Assembly: GCA_022394755.1 (NCBI GenBank)
Contig: JAGFCA010000028.1
Coordinates: 3,237-67,236 of the forward strand
DNA length: 64,000 bases
Direction: 5' to 3'
Source: Candidatus Poribacteria bacterium
GTDB lineage: Bacteria > Poribacteria > WGA-4E > WGA-3G
Below the pieces are notes generated by a model that searched no databases, was not told where the DNA came from, and worked only from the letters and a program-made list of their open reading frames with translations. A program made the position numbers and the translations under genes. Position 1 is the stretch's first letter. Every line of letters begins with the position of its first letter. This document shows, piece by piece, positions 50,150 to 63,781 of this stretch.

Positions 50150-50627
50150 CTGCTCCCTGCCTAAGTTCTAAGGCTATAAACACATGTTATGCACAATTGC
50201 TGTGCATAACTCCTAAATTCTTGTTGATAACTTGTTGATAACTTGTTGATAACTTCACTCGCGATAATTGTATTAACAAATTGTCAATAATTACAAAATT
50301 GAATACACATGTTATCAACACCCCTAATCTCAAATACCATAAACGATTAGAGCAGTTATCAACTTATGCACACCCCCTACTACTACTGCTAATTACAATT
50401 TTAAATTATATGTAATTATTAATATAATTAATATAGGTGAATAATTACGAAATAGATAATTTTAAATTTAGGTTGTAGATAATAGGTATATTTGCAAGCA
50501 ATCATTATGGTATAGTTTATTAGTTGATATGAGATTTTTTTGAATGACAAGTTTATATAGTAAGGAAATTTCAAAATCTTATATTAAACTGAAGATAAAT
50601 ATATACACCCAAACGAGTGGAGTTTAG
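50150..50627. promoter_or_regulatory. Probable oriC: DnaA-box cluster plus AT-rich DNA-unwinding element
   Basis: Three tandem CTTGTTGATAA units (TTATCAACA boxes) at 50221-50256. Further boxes TGTTATCAACA, GTTATCAACT and inverted TTATGCACA/TGTGCATAA. An extremely AT-rich tract follows at 50390-50480. Confidence 0.7.
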
Positions 50628-51788
50628 ATGTACCTTGAACGATTGTGCTTGCGAAATTTTAGAAATTATCAGGAGTGCGACATAACATTTCATTCCCCAG
50701 TAACCTTGATTGTTGGTAGAAACGCTATGGGGAAGACAAGCCTACTGGAATCTGTATATTTTCTGTGTACCGGTGAATCCCACCGATCTAATACCGCAGC
50801 AGAGTTAATACGTCATAATACTGAAGGGTTTGCTGTTACAGGATATTTCCAAAGTGATAAAAGACCAGGTACACATATCCGGCTTGAAGCAGTTAAACCA
50901 CGACAAGGTCCGTTTCGTTTAAAAACTGATGGTGTTCTCCAACGGAGACGCTCGGATTGGATAGGACAGTTCAATGTAGTCGTTTTCTCACCAGAATCAT
51001 TGGATCTTGTAAAAGGATCTCCGACATTCCGCAGACGATGGATTGATTTACTCTTATGTCAATTAAATCGTGAGTATTTAGATGAACTGCAACGGTATCG
51101 TGGAATATTGCAACACCGGAATGCGTTATTAAAACAGTTGAGTATAGGGAAAGGTGTTGCTAATGAGGTGTCTGTATGGGATGGATTACTAATTGAATCC
51201 GGAGTCGCTTTAATTGGGGCTCGATTTACTGCCTTGAAACGTGTAAGTGTTGTTGTGGAAAATACCCATCTATCGTTGACAGGTGGAATGGAACGGTTAA
51301 TATTGGAATATATCCCCGGAATAGAGAATGGTGGAGAGGCTATATCAGATATAACTAATCTAACCGAACATTTTCGTGAAGCAGTAACAAAAGCTCGTCG
51401 TGATGAAGTGCGTCGGGGTGTAACCCTTGTTGGTCCACATCGTGATGATTTTACATTGGCATTAGAGAAAGTAGATGCTGAAGATGAAAAATTACGAGAA
51501 ACAGCTCGTACCTATGCCTCACAAGGACAACATAGGACAATTGCCCTTGCTTTAAAACTTGCTGAGTTAGAGTATATAAGAGAAGATACTGGAAGTGCTC
51601 CACTTTTCCTTTTGGATGATGTTTTATCTGAATTGGATGTAAAGAGACGAGCGTATCTATTATCCTATCTTCAAGGGGTTGCTGCCCAAACAGTTATTAC
51701 CGCTACCGATAAAGATGTTATGGGAGACGAACTACCAGATGTTCACCTGTTAACGGTTGAAGAAGGTGTCATCGTAGATGGAAGTTAG
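50628..51788 (+). CDS. recF: DNA replication and repair protein RecF
   Basis: Walker A GRNAMGKTSLLE. ABC signature and D-loop LLDDVLSELD. Confidence 0.95.
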   Translation: MYLERLCLRNFRNYQECDITFHSPVTLIVGRNAMGKTSLLESVYFLCTGESHRSNTAAELIRHNTEGFAVTGYFQSDKRPGTHIRLEAVKPRQGPFRLKTDGVLQRRRSDWIGQFNVVVFSPESLDLVKGSPTFRRRWIDLLLCQLNREYLDELQRYRGILQHRNALLKQLSIGKGVANEVSVWDGLLIESGVALIGARFTALKRVSVVVENTHLSLTGGMERLILEYIPGIENGGEAISDITNLTEHFREAVTKARRDEVRRGVTLVGPHRDDFTLALEKVDAEDEKLRETARTYASQGQHRTIALALKLAELEYIREDTGSAPLFLLDDVLSELDVKRRAYLLSYLQGVAAQTVITATDKDVMGDELPDVHLLTVEEGVIVDGS

Positions 51789-51858
51789 AACGTTGAAAAC
51801 AGTAAATTTATACTAATACTTGTCATGCCATAATCATATATTGGATAAGGTGTATTAA

Positions 51859-52434
51859 ATGCAATATGGAAAATCAGGTAAACAGAGACGGAGAGTACAA
51901 ATACAACGGGGTACAGTAAAGGTACATGATGTTGTAGAAGGTGTTCTACGTAAACGTGGCTGGTCTGATAAACTATATGAAAGACGTGTTTTTGATATTT
52001 GGGAGTCGGTTGTTGGGAAGGCAAATGCTGCACAAAGTGCACCGATTTCATTATATAACGGGATTTTAAGAGTTGATGTGTCCCATCCTGTCTATGCGAA
52101 TGAAATGACAATGATGAAAATTGATATTATAGAAAAACTCAAAAGTGAACTTGAGAACGAAGATCCAAAGGTTCGGAAAGTTACCATGACAAAAAATATC
52201 GTCGATATTCGGTTTAACTTTAACCCACGTTTTTCCAAAGAAAAATCTCATAGTGTAAGAGATAAATCAAAGACTGATACAGTTGAAAAAAATGTTATAC
52301 CGGTGTCATCAGAAATGAAGCAACAGATAGAATCTATGGTTTCAGTTGTAAACGATCAAGAATTACGTGAGGCGTTAAAAACCCTCTTTACAACACAATG
52401 CGCTGACACAGAAAAAGTAGATGATGGGAATTGA
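51859..52434 (+). CDS. DUF721 / DciA-like protein (putative replicative helicase operator)
   Basis: Conserved position between recF and gyrB. VFDIWESVVG...ILRVDVSHPVYANEMTMMK matches the DUF721 core. Confidence 0.6.
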   Translation: MQYGKSGKQRRRVQIQRGTVKVHDVVEGVLRKRGWSDKLYERRVFDIWESVVGKANAAQSAPISLYNGILRVDVSHPVYANEMTMMKIDIIEKLKSELENEDPKVRKVTMTKNIVDIRFNFNPRFSKEKSHSVRDKSKTDTVEKNVIPVSSEMKQQIESMVSVVNDQELREALKTLFTTQCADTEKVDDGN

Positions 52435-52736
52435 ACAGTTGAGAATAATGTCTATAACATTTTCACAAAATAGATAAAAAAAGAGGTTGCAGAAGTAGTG
52501 TCGTTTATGCTACAATGCATATAAGTAAAATCAATTTTATATTAGTGATATTACAAAACAAGTTAGACTATAAAACATATATAAGTTGACGGATTTTGTT
52601 ATAAATATTTTTAATATATTATAACTATAAGTAATGTTTTTGTGTTGCTGTGATTCGGTTGCTTTATCTTACAGATGATTTCATAATTGCTTTCAAATTT
52701 TACCTAATTGGGGCAACTGATAAACAAAGCCAATAA

Positions 52737-55310
<2,574 letters not shown>

Positions 55311-55477
55311 CACATTCGATATGTCATATTTTTCCGATTTAACAGGCACAGACGGCATATTCATAACTTAACATAAGTTTGATAATTGGAATCGGTAATT
55401 TGTTGCTTCAGCGCACCGAGTATAAATGATTTATCAAACTCAGGTTATACTACCAACTTAGATTATAAGAGAAGGAA

Positions 55478-57922
55478 ATGCAAGAAGAAAATATCATTAG
55501 GCGCACAATAGAATCTGAATTACAAACATCATATCTCACCTACGCTATGAGCGTAAATACGAATAGAGCTATCCCAGATGTACGGGATGGTTTGAAACCG
55601 AGTGCACGACGGATAATCTATGCTATGGGTGAACTCAACCTAACGAATGACCGTCCTACTGATAAATGTGCTGCGGTCGTTGGTGAGGTGATGAAAAATT
55701 TCCATCCACACGGGGATGGTCCGATTTATGGAACACTTGTAGGACTTGCTCAAGACTTTACTATGCGGTATCCCTTAATTTACGGACAAGGCAACTTTGG
55801 ATCAATAGACGAAGACCCTGCAGGTGCAATGCGGTATACGGAATGCAGACTTACCAAGATTGCTGAGACACTTCTACTTGATATTAAGAAAGATACAGTT
55901 GATTTTCAACCAAATTATAAAGAATCCATGGAAGAACCAACTGTGTTGCCAGGTCTTCTTCCGAATATCCTTGTTAATGGTACCACCGGCATCGGTGTTG
56001 GTTATCAAACGAAAATACCGCCACATAATCTAAACGAAGTAGTTGATGCTCTCTTACATACACTTGATTTTCCTGAGGCTACTGTTGATGAATTACTTGA
56101 ATTTATTCCTGGACCTGATTTTCCTACGGGTGGAATCATTGTCGGTAGGAATGAAATCAAGAAGATGTATACTACAGGAAAAGGGAATATGCCGGTGCGC
56201 GCAAGGGTAGAAATTGAACCCATGACAAATGATAAATCTCGAGGTGAACGGGAGCAGATTATCGTTACTGAAATACCTTATCATGTAAAGAAGAATAAAC
56301 TACTTGATGAAATATATGAGTTGGTGGTGACCAAAGTAATAACTGGAATTTCCGATATTCGAGATGAATCTGATGAGGATATTCGCATTGTCATTGAACT
56401 CAAGCGAGGAGAGGTACCACAGGTTATCCTAAATCAGTTGTATAAACACACAAAGATGCAGCAACACTATTCTGCAAATATGCTTTGTCTTGTAGAAGGA
56501 CTCCCGAAAGTATTAACGCTCACCGAAATTCTGAATTATTATTTAGAACATAGACGCGATGTTATCCGTCGACGAACACAGTTCGATTTAACACGATGCG
56601 AAAATAGAGCTCATGTTTTAGAAGGATACCGTATCGCTCTTGAAAATATTGACGAGGTGATAGAAATTGTTCAAACCGCCGAAACACCACAAGAGGCAAG
56701 AGAACAACTTCAGGAACAATTTGAACTATCCGAAATTCAAGCACGGGAAGTATTGGATCTAACTTTGCGCCAGTTGACCGGTTTAGAACGCCAACGTATT
56801 AATGACGAATACGAAGATCTACTGGTTCAAATTGCAGAATTCAAGGCAATTCTTGAAAGTGATGAACTTGTTACCAATATCATCAGAGAAGAATTAGAAG
56901 GATTGAAAGAAGATCATGGGGATGATCGTCTTACCGAAATAGTTGATGAAGTAAGAAGTTTTGAAATGGAAGACTTGATTGCTGATGAAGAAATGGTTGT
57001 TACACTGACACATTCAGGTTATCTAAAACGAATTCCAATGGACACATATCAAACACAAAATCGTGGGGGTGTTGGTATTAAAGGTGGAAATCCCAAAGAT
57101 GGCGATTTCTTAGAACAATTAATTATTGCAACAGCCCACCAATCTCTGCTTTTCTTTACGAGTTTTGGTAAGTGTTATGTAAAAAAAGTTTATGAAATAC
57201 CGGAAGGTTCGCGTACCGCAGCTGGACGTGCTGCAGTAAATATGTTAAAGCTTGGAGATACCGAGACTATTTCCGCATTCTTACCTGTACGAGAGTTTAA
57301 TGAAGAACAATATATCCTTATGGCAACAAGGAATGGTATTGTGAAAAAAACCGCACTTACCGATTTTAGCAACCGAATTTCAAGTGGTATCATTGCTGTA
57401 AAATTGGATGATGGTGACCAGTTAATTGGTGCTCAACTGACTGATGGAAATTATGAAGTTATTTTGGTTAGTCACAATGGGAACTCTATCCGCTTTAACG
57501 AATCAGAGGTGCGGAGCATGGGGCGCGCAACACGTGGGGTTAGAGGTATCCGACTCAGTGGTGAAGATGACTATGTCGTAGACATGGTGTGTTCGGCAGA
57601 TGAAAACGATTCTCTATTGGTTGTAACTGAAAATGGTTATGGTAAACGTACAGCATTGTCGGCATATCGTTCTCAAAAACGTGGCGGCGTAGGTCTCACA
57701 GCGATTAAACGTTCAACTCGTAATGGGGCAATGGTTTCTGCAAAATTAGTTGCGGATCCAGACGAGCTTGTTTTGATTAGTTCTGCAGGATATGTTACTC
57801 GGATGGCTGTCAGCGATGTTCGCGTAATTGGACGGGCGACACAAGGTGTGAGACTCATGAGTTTAGGTGAAGATGAAAAACTCGTAGATGTGGCTAAAAT
57901 AACCGCAACTAACACTGAATAA
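55478..57922 (+). CDS. gyrA: DNA gyrase subunit A
   Basis: Active-site region AAVVGEVMKNFHPHGD. Tyr region AMRYTECRL. C-terminal beta-pinwheel repeats. Confidence 0.95.
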   Translation: MQEENIIRRTIESELQTSYLTYAMSVNTNRAIPDVRDGLKPSARRIIYAMGELNLTNDRPTDKCAAVVGEVMKNFHPHGDGPIYGTLVGLAQDFTMRYPLIYGQGNFGSIDEDPAGAMRYTECRLTKIAETLLLDIKKDTVDFQPNYKESMEEPTVLPGLLPNILVNGTTGIGVGYQTKIPPHNLNEVVDALLHTLDFPEATVDELLEFIPGPDFPTGGIIVGRNEIKKMYTTGKGNMPVRARVEIEPMTNDKSRGEREQIIVTEIPYHVKKNKLLDEIYELVVTKVITGISDIRDESDEDIRIVIELKRGEVPQVILNQLYKHTKMQQHYSANMLCLVEGLPKVLTLTEILNYYLEHRRDVIRRRTQFDLTRCENRAHVLEGYRIALENIDEVIEIVQTAETPQEAREQLQEQFELSEIQAREVLDLTLRQLTGLERQRINDEYEDLLVQIAEFKAILESDELVTNIIREELEGLKEDHGDDRLTEIVDEVRSFEMEDLIADEEMVVTLTHSGYLKRIPMDTYQTQNRGGVGIKGGNPKDGDFLEQLIIATAHQSLLFFTSFGKCYVKKVYEIPEGSRTAAGRAAVNMLKLGDTETISAFLPVREFNEEQYILMATRNGIVKKTALTDFSNRISSGIIAVKLDDGDQLIGAQLTDGNYEVILVSHNGNSIRFNESEVRSMGRATRGVRGIRLSGEDDYVVDMVCSADENDSLLVVTENGYGKRTALSAYRSQKRGGVGLTAIKRSTRNGAMVSAKLVADPDELVLISSAGYVTRMAVSDVRVIGRATQGVRLMSLGEDEKLVDVAKITATNTE

Positions 57923-57973
57923 AAAATGGACAACAAGTTCCATTACATTAATTGAATAGGAGTAAGTTAGGAG

Positions 57974-59515
57974 ATGGTGATAAAAAAGAAAAATTGGACG
58001 GTCTTATTTCTTGTTAGTATATTTTGTCTTATGGCTACAAGGATCGCTATATTTGCCCAAGATGTTTATCCGCTTGAAACTCCAGAACTTGTAACAGAAA
58101 ATAATGTCTCCGACATAAGCAAGACCTATTCACGGATGATGGCAGCAGTCTATTTGCAGCGATCTACAGAAGATCTGACGATCTCAAAACAGTTGTACGA
58201 TCAATTGGTAAATGATGTTGAAGACTCTGCTTTTGTCTGGTATAAACGAGCACAGCTCCGGTATCAACGACTACAGGATATTCGTGGAGCTGAGAAAGAT
58301 ATTGAGAAAGCTCTTGAAATTGATCCTTCCCATGTTCCCGCGACATGGCAACTTGCCCAAATTTTAGCACACCGTGCGTCTTATTCAGGAGGACGCGGGA
58401 TAAAAAAATTAGTAGAGACACTTAAAAGAGTTACCGAATTGGATTCAGATCATTTTATGGCACATCGGATGCTGTCGGATATATCATTTCAACTTCAGGA
58501 TTTTGATACTGCTGAAAAATCATTCAAGGCACTTACACGGATAGTGCCTTTCGATCCCCAATATCACAAATCCTTAGGAGATATATACAAAAAGCAGAAA
58601 AAAATACAAGAGGCGATTGACGCTTATCAACGTGTTATAAAGATTAAGCCTAATGATTTAAATGTGCTGAACACTGTAGGATATATATACTATGATACCG
58701 GGAAGATTAAGCAAGCACAAGAAACTTTTATGAAAGCTGTTGAGGTCGAACCGAATAATGTTGATGCAAACATAGGTCTTGGGTTGGTACTGGAAAATCT
58801 GGCTTATGAGATACAAGCACTGAAAAATAAAGAGGATAATAGAGAATTGATTGATCCTGCAACACTTATTCAAGATGCAGAGAGATACCTCGGACGTGCA
58901 ATCTTCTTTTCTAAAGAAATTCTCAACAATCCTAAGAATGATGCTCAACATGCATTCTATCTTGAAAAAATGATTACTGCACAGTATGCATTGGCTAATG
59001 TTTATATAATATTTGAAAAACTTGAAAATGCTGAGGACGCGTTTAAGCAACTTCTCGCTGAAGTTCCAGATCATATCGGCGCAACATACGGAATTGGTTC
59101 AGTCTATCAAAGTATGGGAAACTTTGAAATGGCAGAGACATATTTGCGTAAAACGCTTACTATGGAACCTGCACATGAAATTGCTCTTAATGCACTCGGG
59201 TATCTATATGCACAACAAGGTATACAACTTGATGAAGCTGAGGCGTTAATCAAACGAGCACTCAAAAAATCCCCAACAAATGGGGCATATCTTGATAGTC
59301 TTGGATGGGTATTTTATAAACAAGGAAAGTTTGCTGAAGCTGTCAGAACTTTAGAAGAGGCAAATCAACAAGCACCTAATAACGCAGAAATTCTTATGCA
59401 TCTTGGGGATGCATATCTCAAGAATGGTGAACCCGGAAAAGCTCAAAGTGTCTGGGAACAAGCCAAAACAATTGAACCAGATAACGAAGAGATACATGAA
59501 CGCCTTAATCAATGA
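57974..59515 (+). CDS. Secreted TPR-repeat protein
   Basis: Signal peptide. Multiple 34-aa TPR-like repeats. Confidence 0.7.
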   Translation: MVIKKKNWTVLFLVSIFCLMATRIAIFAQDVYPLETPELVTENNVSDISKTYSRMMAAVYLQRSTEDLTISKQLYDQLVNDVEDSAFVWYKRAQLRYQRLQDIRGAEKDIEKALEIDPSHVPATWQLAQILAHRASYSGGRGIKKLVETLKRVTELDSDHFMAHRMLSDISFQLQDFDTAEKSFKALTRIVPFDPQYHKSLGDIYKKQKKIQEAIDAYQRVIKIKPNDLNVLNTVGYIYYDTGKIKQAQETFMKAVEVEPNNVDANIGLGLVLENLAYEIQALKNKEDNRELIDPATLIQDAERYLGRAIFFSKEILNNPKNDAQHAFYLEKMITAQYALANVYIIFEKLENAEDAFKQLLAEVPDHIGATYGIGSVYQSMGNFEMAETYLRKTLTMEPAHEIALNALGYLYAQQGIQLDEAEALIKRALKKSPTNGAYLDSLGWVFYKQGKFAEAVRTLEEANQQAPNNAEILMHLGDAYLKNGEPGKAQSVWEQAKTIEPDNEEIHERLNQ

Positions 59516-61236
59516 TGCGATATATCACCATCAAGGTTATCTTATTGACACTAACGTTTTTCATCCAATACGGTGAAACGTTCCAGTGCGGGGTTCCTGA
59601 AATAAAAAACCATATCGGTACACATGTTATACCAGATGTACCCTCTGCACCCGCACAACCTGCTGCCCCAGAACTTCCAATCGGGTCCGAACGCACCTTC
59701 TTTGCCATAGATTTCGCAAAAAAACAGCAGTACACTATCAATACTACATTGCAAGGTAGTGGACCTCACTGTTATATTTATGTTGAAAACTCAGAATGGC
59801 GACGAAATGTCTCTCCCATAACAGTTCAAACTATCCAAAACGCATTTAATTTTACAACACCAGCAGATCCAAACCGTGGAATCTATCAGATCCTAACGGA
59901 AGACATTGGACCGGTACCAGATATTGATAGAAACGAAAAAGTAATATTGCTACTACTCAATATACGTGATGTTGGTAACACCCATTCTACAGTCGGATAT
60001 TTCATGCCGATTGATCAACATCGAGGTATTCTTCAACACCCGACACTCGGACCACTCCACAGTAATGTTGGCGAAATTTTGTATATTGATGCAAAAGATA
60101 AACTCCTGAATAATTCTCAAATGCAGGCAGTTATTGCTCATGAACTGCAACATATTATACACTGGGAACACTCACCAAAAGAACATACATGGGTTGATGA
60201 AGGATGTGCAAATTACGCTGCGTTTCAATGTGGATACGATATTTACCAGCATGTTAAAGCTTTTCAGGAAGCTCCGAACACGTCCCTTACTGATTGGTCC
60301 CAAACAACTGATACCAACTTACTCGCACATTATGGGGCTGCCTTCATATTTATGATGTACCTACATGACCATTATGGAGGTTTGGAAACCATTTCTGCCC
60401 TTGTGCAAAATCCATTAGATGGAATTCCAGGGATTACCAATACACTGGATGCGAGAAGTATCACCAACTCTTTCTCAAATGTGTTTTCTGATTGGAAAGT
60501 TGCAAACTATCTTTCTACATGGGGATTACTCGGTTCGATTGGAAAACAATACCTGTATAACTCGATTAGACCTGTTGTAACACCACAATTCACACACGAT
60601 ACATACCCAGTTAACAGAAGAAATGAGACGTTGGCAAATTTTACTGCACACGCAATTGATTGTAAGGTAGCATCTGCTGGTCAGTTAGGTCTTAACTTCA
60701 GTTTTACGACACAACGGAACACAAAGGTTGATATAAGAGTTGCTTATTTAAATGATTCTGGAGAAATATCTGTAGAATCACTACCCTTTAAAACAACTGA
60801 TGGAACAGCAATACTTGATCTTCCTGACTTTGGTTCTACAGTCAAACGTGCTATACTTATACCAAGTCTACAGATAGAAAATCCGAGTTTTGCTCAACAG
60901 TCTATAACATATAACTATGGTGTGTTTGAAGGGGGACTGGGAACTTATTCCACAAAAGTCCTTCCGAATCCAATACATCCAAATTATTGGGAAATAATTG
61001 CTGTACCAGATGATGCAGCAGGTATAGTTTCACTTACTGTGAACTTGACTTACCAAAACCGAAATCTTTTTGAAGATAAACCGATGGTTTACATTCAAAA
61101 CGCCGGCAAGACATTGTATCGCTACGCTTTCCATCTTAAGCCTGAGATTAATACTGAAGGAGTAGAATGGAGCATCAACCGAGGGGATACTATTATTGAT
61201 GAAGGGGTTTTGGATGAAACAACAAACAAGAAATGA
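59512..61236 (+). CDS. Secreted putative zinc metalloprotease (HExxH)
   Basis: Signal peptide. VIAHELQHIIHWEH...VDEGCANYAA (HExxH + downstream E). ATGA overlap with the TPR gene. Confidence 0.55.
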   Translation: MMRYITIKVILLTLTFFIQYGETFQCGVPEIKNHIGTHVIPDVPSAPAQPAAPELPIGSERTFFAIDFAKKQQYTINTTLQGSGPHCYIYVENSEWRRNVSPITVQTIQNAFNFTTPADPNRGIYQILTEDIGPVPDIDRNEKVILLLLNIRDVGNTHSTVGYFMPIDQHRGILQHPTLGPLHSNVGEILYIDAKDKLLNNSQMQAVIAHELQHIIHWEHSPKEHTWVDEGCANYAAFQCGYDIYQHVKAFQEAPNTSLTDWSQTTDTNLLAHYGAAFIFMMYLHDHYGGLETISALVQNPLDGIPGITNTLDARSITNSFSNVFSDWKVANYLSTWGLLGSIGKQYLYNSIRPVVTPQFTHDTYPVNRRNETLANFTAHAIDCKVASAGQLGLNFSFTTQRNTKVDIRVAYLNDSGEISVESLPFKTTDGTAILDLPDFGSTVKRAILIPSLQIENPSFAQQSITYNYGVFEGGLGTYSTKVLPNPIHPNYWEIIAVPDDAAGIVSLTVNLTYQNRNLFEDKPMVYIQNAGKTLYRYAFHLKPEINTEGVEWSINRGDTIIDEGVLDETTNKK

Positions 61237-61263
61237 GTATCAGAAACTAATTAGGAGGTATAT

Positions 61264-62244
61264 ATGTCGAAAACATTATATGCTGGGACAATTGGACAGA
61301 GTATTTGGCGAAGCACTGATATAGGTAAAACGTGGGATAGAGCAAGTAATGGTATCTTTCCAGAAGCAGATATTCGTGCTATTGTTGTTGATCCTACAGA
61401 TTCAAATATCTTGTATGCTGGCACAGAAAAAGGCGTTGTTAAAACCACTGACGGTGGTAATATGTGGGAACATATGCCAAGTGAAATGGATAGTAAAGAG
61501 GTCTGGTCACTCGCTATCCATCCAACAAATCCAGGAACTCTCTTTGCTGGAACGTGTCCATCCGCTTTTTACAAAACAACTGACGGCGCAAAAACATGGA
61601 CAAAACTTGATGCAGAACTCGCACAAGAATGTGAAGGTATTCCTATCATACCCCGTGTTACAACTATCATAATTGATCCAGAAGATCATGATACCATCTA
61701 TGCGGGAATTGAAATTGATGGAATGCGTCTCAGTAATGATGGCGGTAAGACATGGACAGAACGAAGTGAAGGTTTGAGTAGTTTAGACATACACGGTCTT
61801 ACGGTGGTACCGGGTGAACAAAAAACACTTGTCGCTGCAACAAATAACGATGTTTGTATCACTACGGATATGCACAGTTGGACACCATTGAAAGTTCGTG
61901 AACATTATCCGTGGCCATACTGTAGGGCAGCCTTTTATCTTAACGGAGACAACGCTAAGGTATTTATTGGAGCAGGAAACGGACCTCCGGGTGACCAAGG
62001 TGGAATATTTTTTATGAAAGATGCAAGTGATGCTTCGGATGCAGAAGCTATTCAATGGGATCGCTCTGATATCGGAATTACAGCAAACAGTACAATTTGG
62101 TGTTTCGGATATAATCCGAGTGTTGATGGATTGCTAATTGCCTGTAGTGTAAGCGGTCAACTATTTCTGAGTGAAGACAACGGTGATTCATGGGAGAAGT
62201 TATCACATGAATTCGGAGAAGTACGCGCATTAGCAATTGCTTGA
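61264..62244 (+). CDS. BNR/sortilin-type (Ycf48-like) beta-propeller protein
   Basis: Repeated S/TxDxGxTW motifs (STDIGKTW, TTDGGNMW, TTDGAKTW, SNDGGKTW, SEDNGDSW). Confidence 0.7.
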   Translation: MSKTLYAGTIGQSIWRSTDIGKTWDRASNGIFPEADIRAIVVDPTDSNILYAGTEKGVVKTTDGGNMWEHMPSEMDSKEVWSLAIHPTNPGTLFAGTCPSAFYKTTDGAKTWTKLDAELAQECEGIPIIPRVTTIIIDPEDHDTIYAGIEIDGMRLSNDGGKTWTERSEGLSSLDIHGLTVVPGEQKTLVAATNNDVCITTDMHSWTPLKVREHYPWPYCRAAFYLNGDNAKVFIGAGNGPPGDQGGIFFMKDASDASDAEAIQWDRSDIGITANSTIWCFGYNPSVDGLLIACSVSGQLFLSEDNGDSWEKLSHEFGEVRALAIA

Positions 62245-62372
62245 TACGGTATATAGGTTTGCTAATAGATAATGTAGTTAGCGAACCTATCCACTAATGC
62301 TTATTTGATGGATTCCGACGATAACCTTTACTTCTGTATGGTATTGATTTAACGTGAGTTTGACAAGGTGCG

Positions 62373-63380
62373 GTTTCCTAACCGCACTGATAAATAAATT
62401 TAAATTAATCAAACTCACGTTTGATTAAGGAATAACTTGCTCAGATATCCGGGGTGTGTAAACTTTTGGCACTTTACAAAAGTGGTTTTATACCTACTAT
62501 CGTTTGGGAAATTTCCGAGAGGATACAACAAAATTTCAAAGTGTTATGGCATTTTCGATATTTTACTAACGAGAATCTAATTCCAAAAAAGATTTTGGAT
62601 AAGATAAAGGGTAACCCCGGGGAACGCCTAATGGCGTTCATACCCGAGGAATGTGTGAAATCCTATTCTGATTCGGGATAAAACAATAAATGAAGCAAGA
62701 CCGCTTCTCCGCGCAATCCTGTATCATCTGCGATTCAGAAAAGAAAACCATCACTACCCAAAGGCTTCTTTTCCGTGTAATCCGAGATTCTGCATAAAGA
62801 GCAATAGCAGACGACTATCAGCGTTACAGACAACATGCATAATACAAAAAAAATGAAGAAAATAAATGACAAAGCAACTAATATCATAAAGATAAATATG
62901 CATCGACATAATAAATACACACTACAATAACATATAGAGAATTAGTATAATACATCGTAGTAAAATAAAGTGTATTAAAATATAATCCAATAATCTGATT
63001 TTTCTGGAGTGAATCTGCCGATAAATATTATGTAATAATAGTAAAAACAGAATCATCGCTCATCAAGGAAAACTACAAAATTGTAACTTTTTTCAAATTT
63101 TAGAATTAGAGGTTAAATTCGTTACAAACCCAGACAGGGACTAACAGGAAAGGCGGTGAAAGAACAAGAAACATTCCTACACTTTGTAGGAAAAGTGTAA
63201 CATTTTCTCACACATCTAATAAAATGTACTAAGTTCGAAAACGATAAAATCATTTTAAAAATGTAATAGCTTAGATTTAATGCTACTGTAAACTGTATAA
63301 TGAAAACCAATTACTGTAATCTATGAAATATATACATGGATAATACGGTATTTATACCAAAAACTTTACATACCCAGATA
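62373..63380. repeat. IR-R: right copy of the inverted repeat, interrupted by about 620 bp insertion (62421-63039)
   Basis: 62373-62420 and 63040-63380 match the reverse complement of 27022-27417. The 13-mer AACGTGAGTTTGA and its complement lie at 62350 and 62409. Confidence 0.75.
62454..62681 (+). CDS. Small hypothetical ORF (75 aa) inside the IR-R insertion
   Basis: ORF only. No recognisable motifs. Lies within the copy-specific 620 bp insertion. Confidence 0.25.
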   Translation: MCKLLALYKSGFIPTIVWEISERIQQNFKVLWHFRYFTNENLIPKKILDKIKGNPGERLMAFIPEECVKSYSDSG

Positions 63381-63781
63381 TCCTAAATACGGTGGTATTC
63401 TTCGATTAGTTAATACTGATAAATAGGACTAATTAACTTAAAAATTGGAGTTCCGTATGGACGGAATGTTGATAAATATAACATTGAACTAAATTAACTT
63501 TGTCCTAATGCAAATAATGTATACTTATCAATTAGAAATGGTATTAGAATATCTAACCGATGTTTAATTAACTTCACACGTAGAAATTGCCCAAACGAAG
63601 GTAATTTTACTGAAACCGTAGTAAATTACCTTCGTTTTTATAAAACCTTGTGAAAATGATGTAGAAATAGGCTTTTTAGTGTAATTTTAGTGAATTTTAT
63701 TTGACATATCTTTCATTTAGTGATATACTTAAGGTCTGCTCTGGGATGAAACAATGTTTCTCCCGTTCTTTGAAAATAAAT

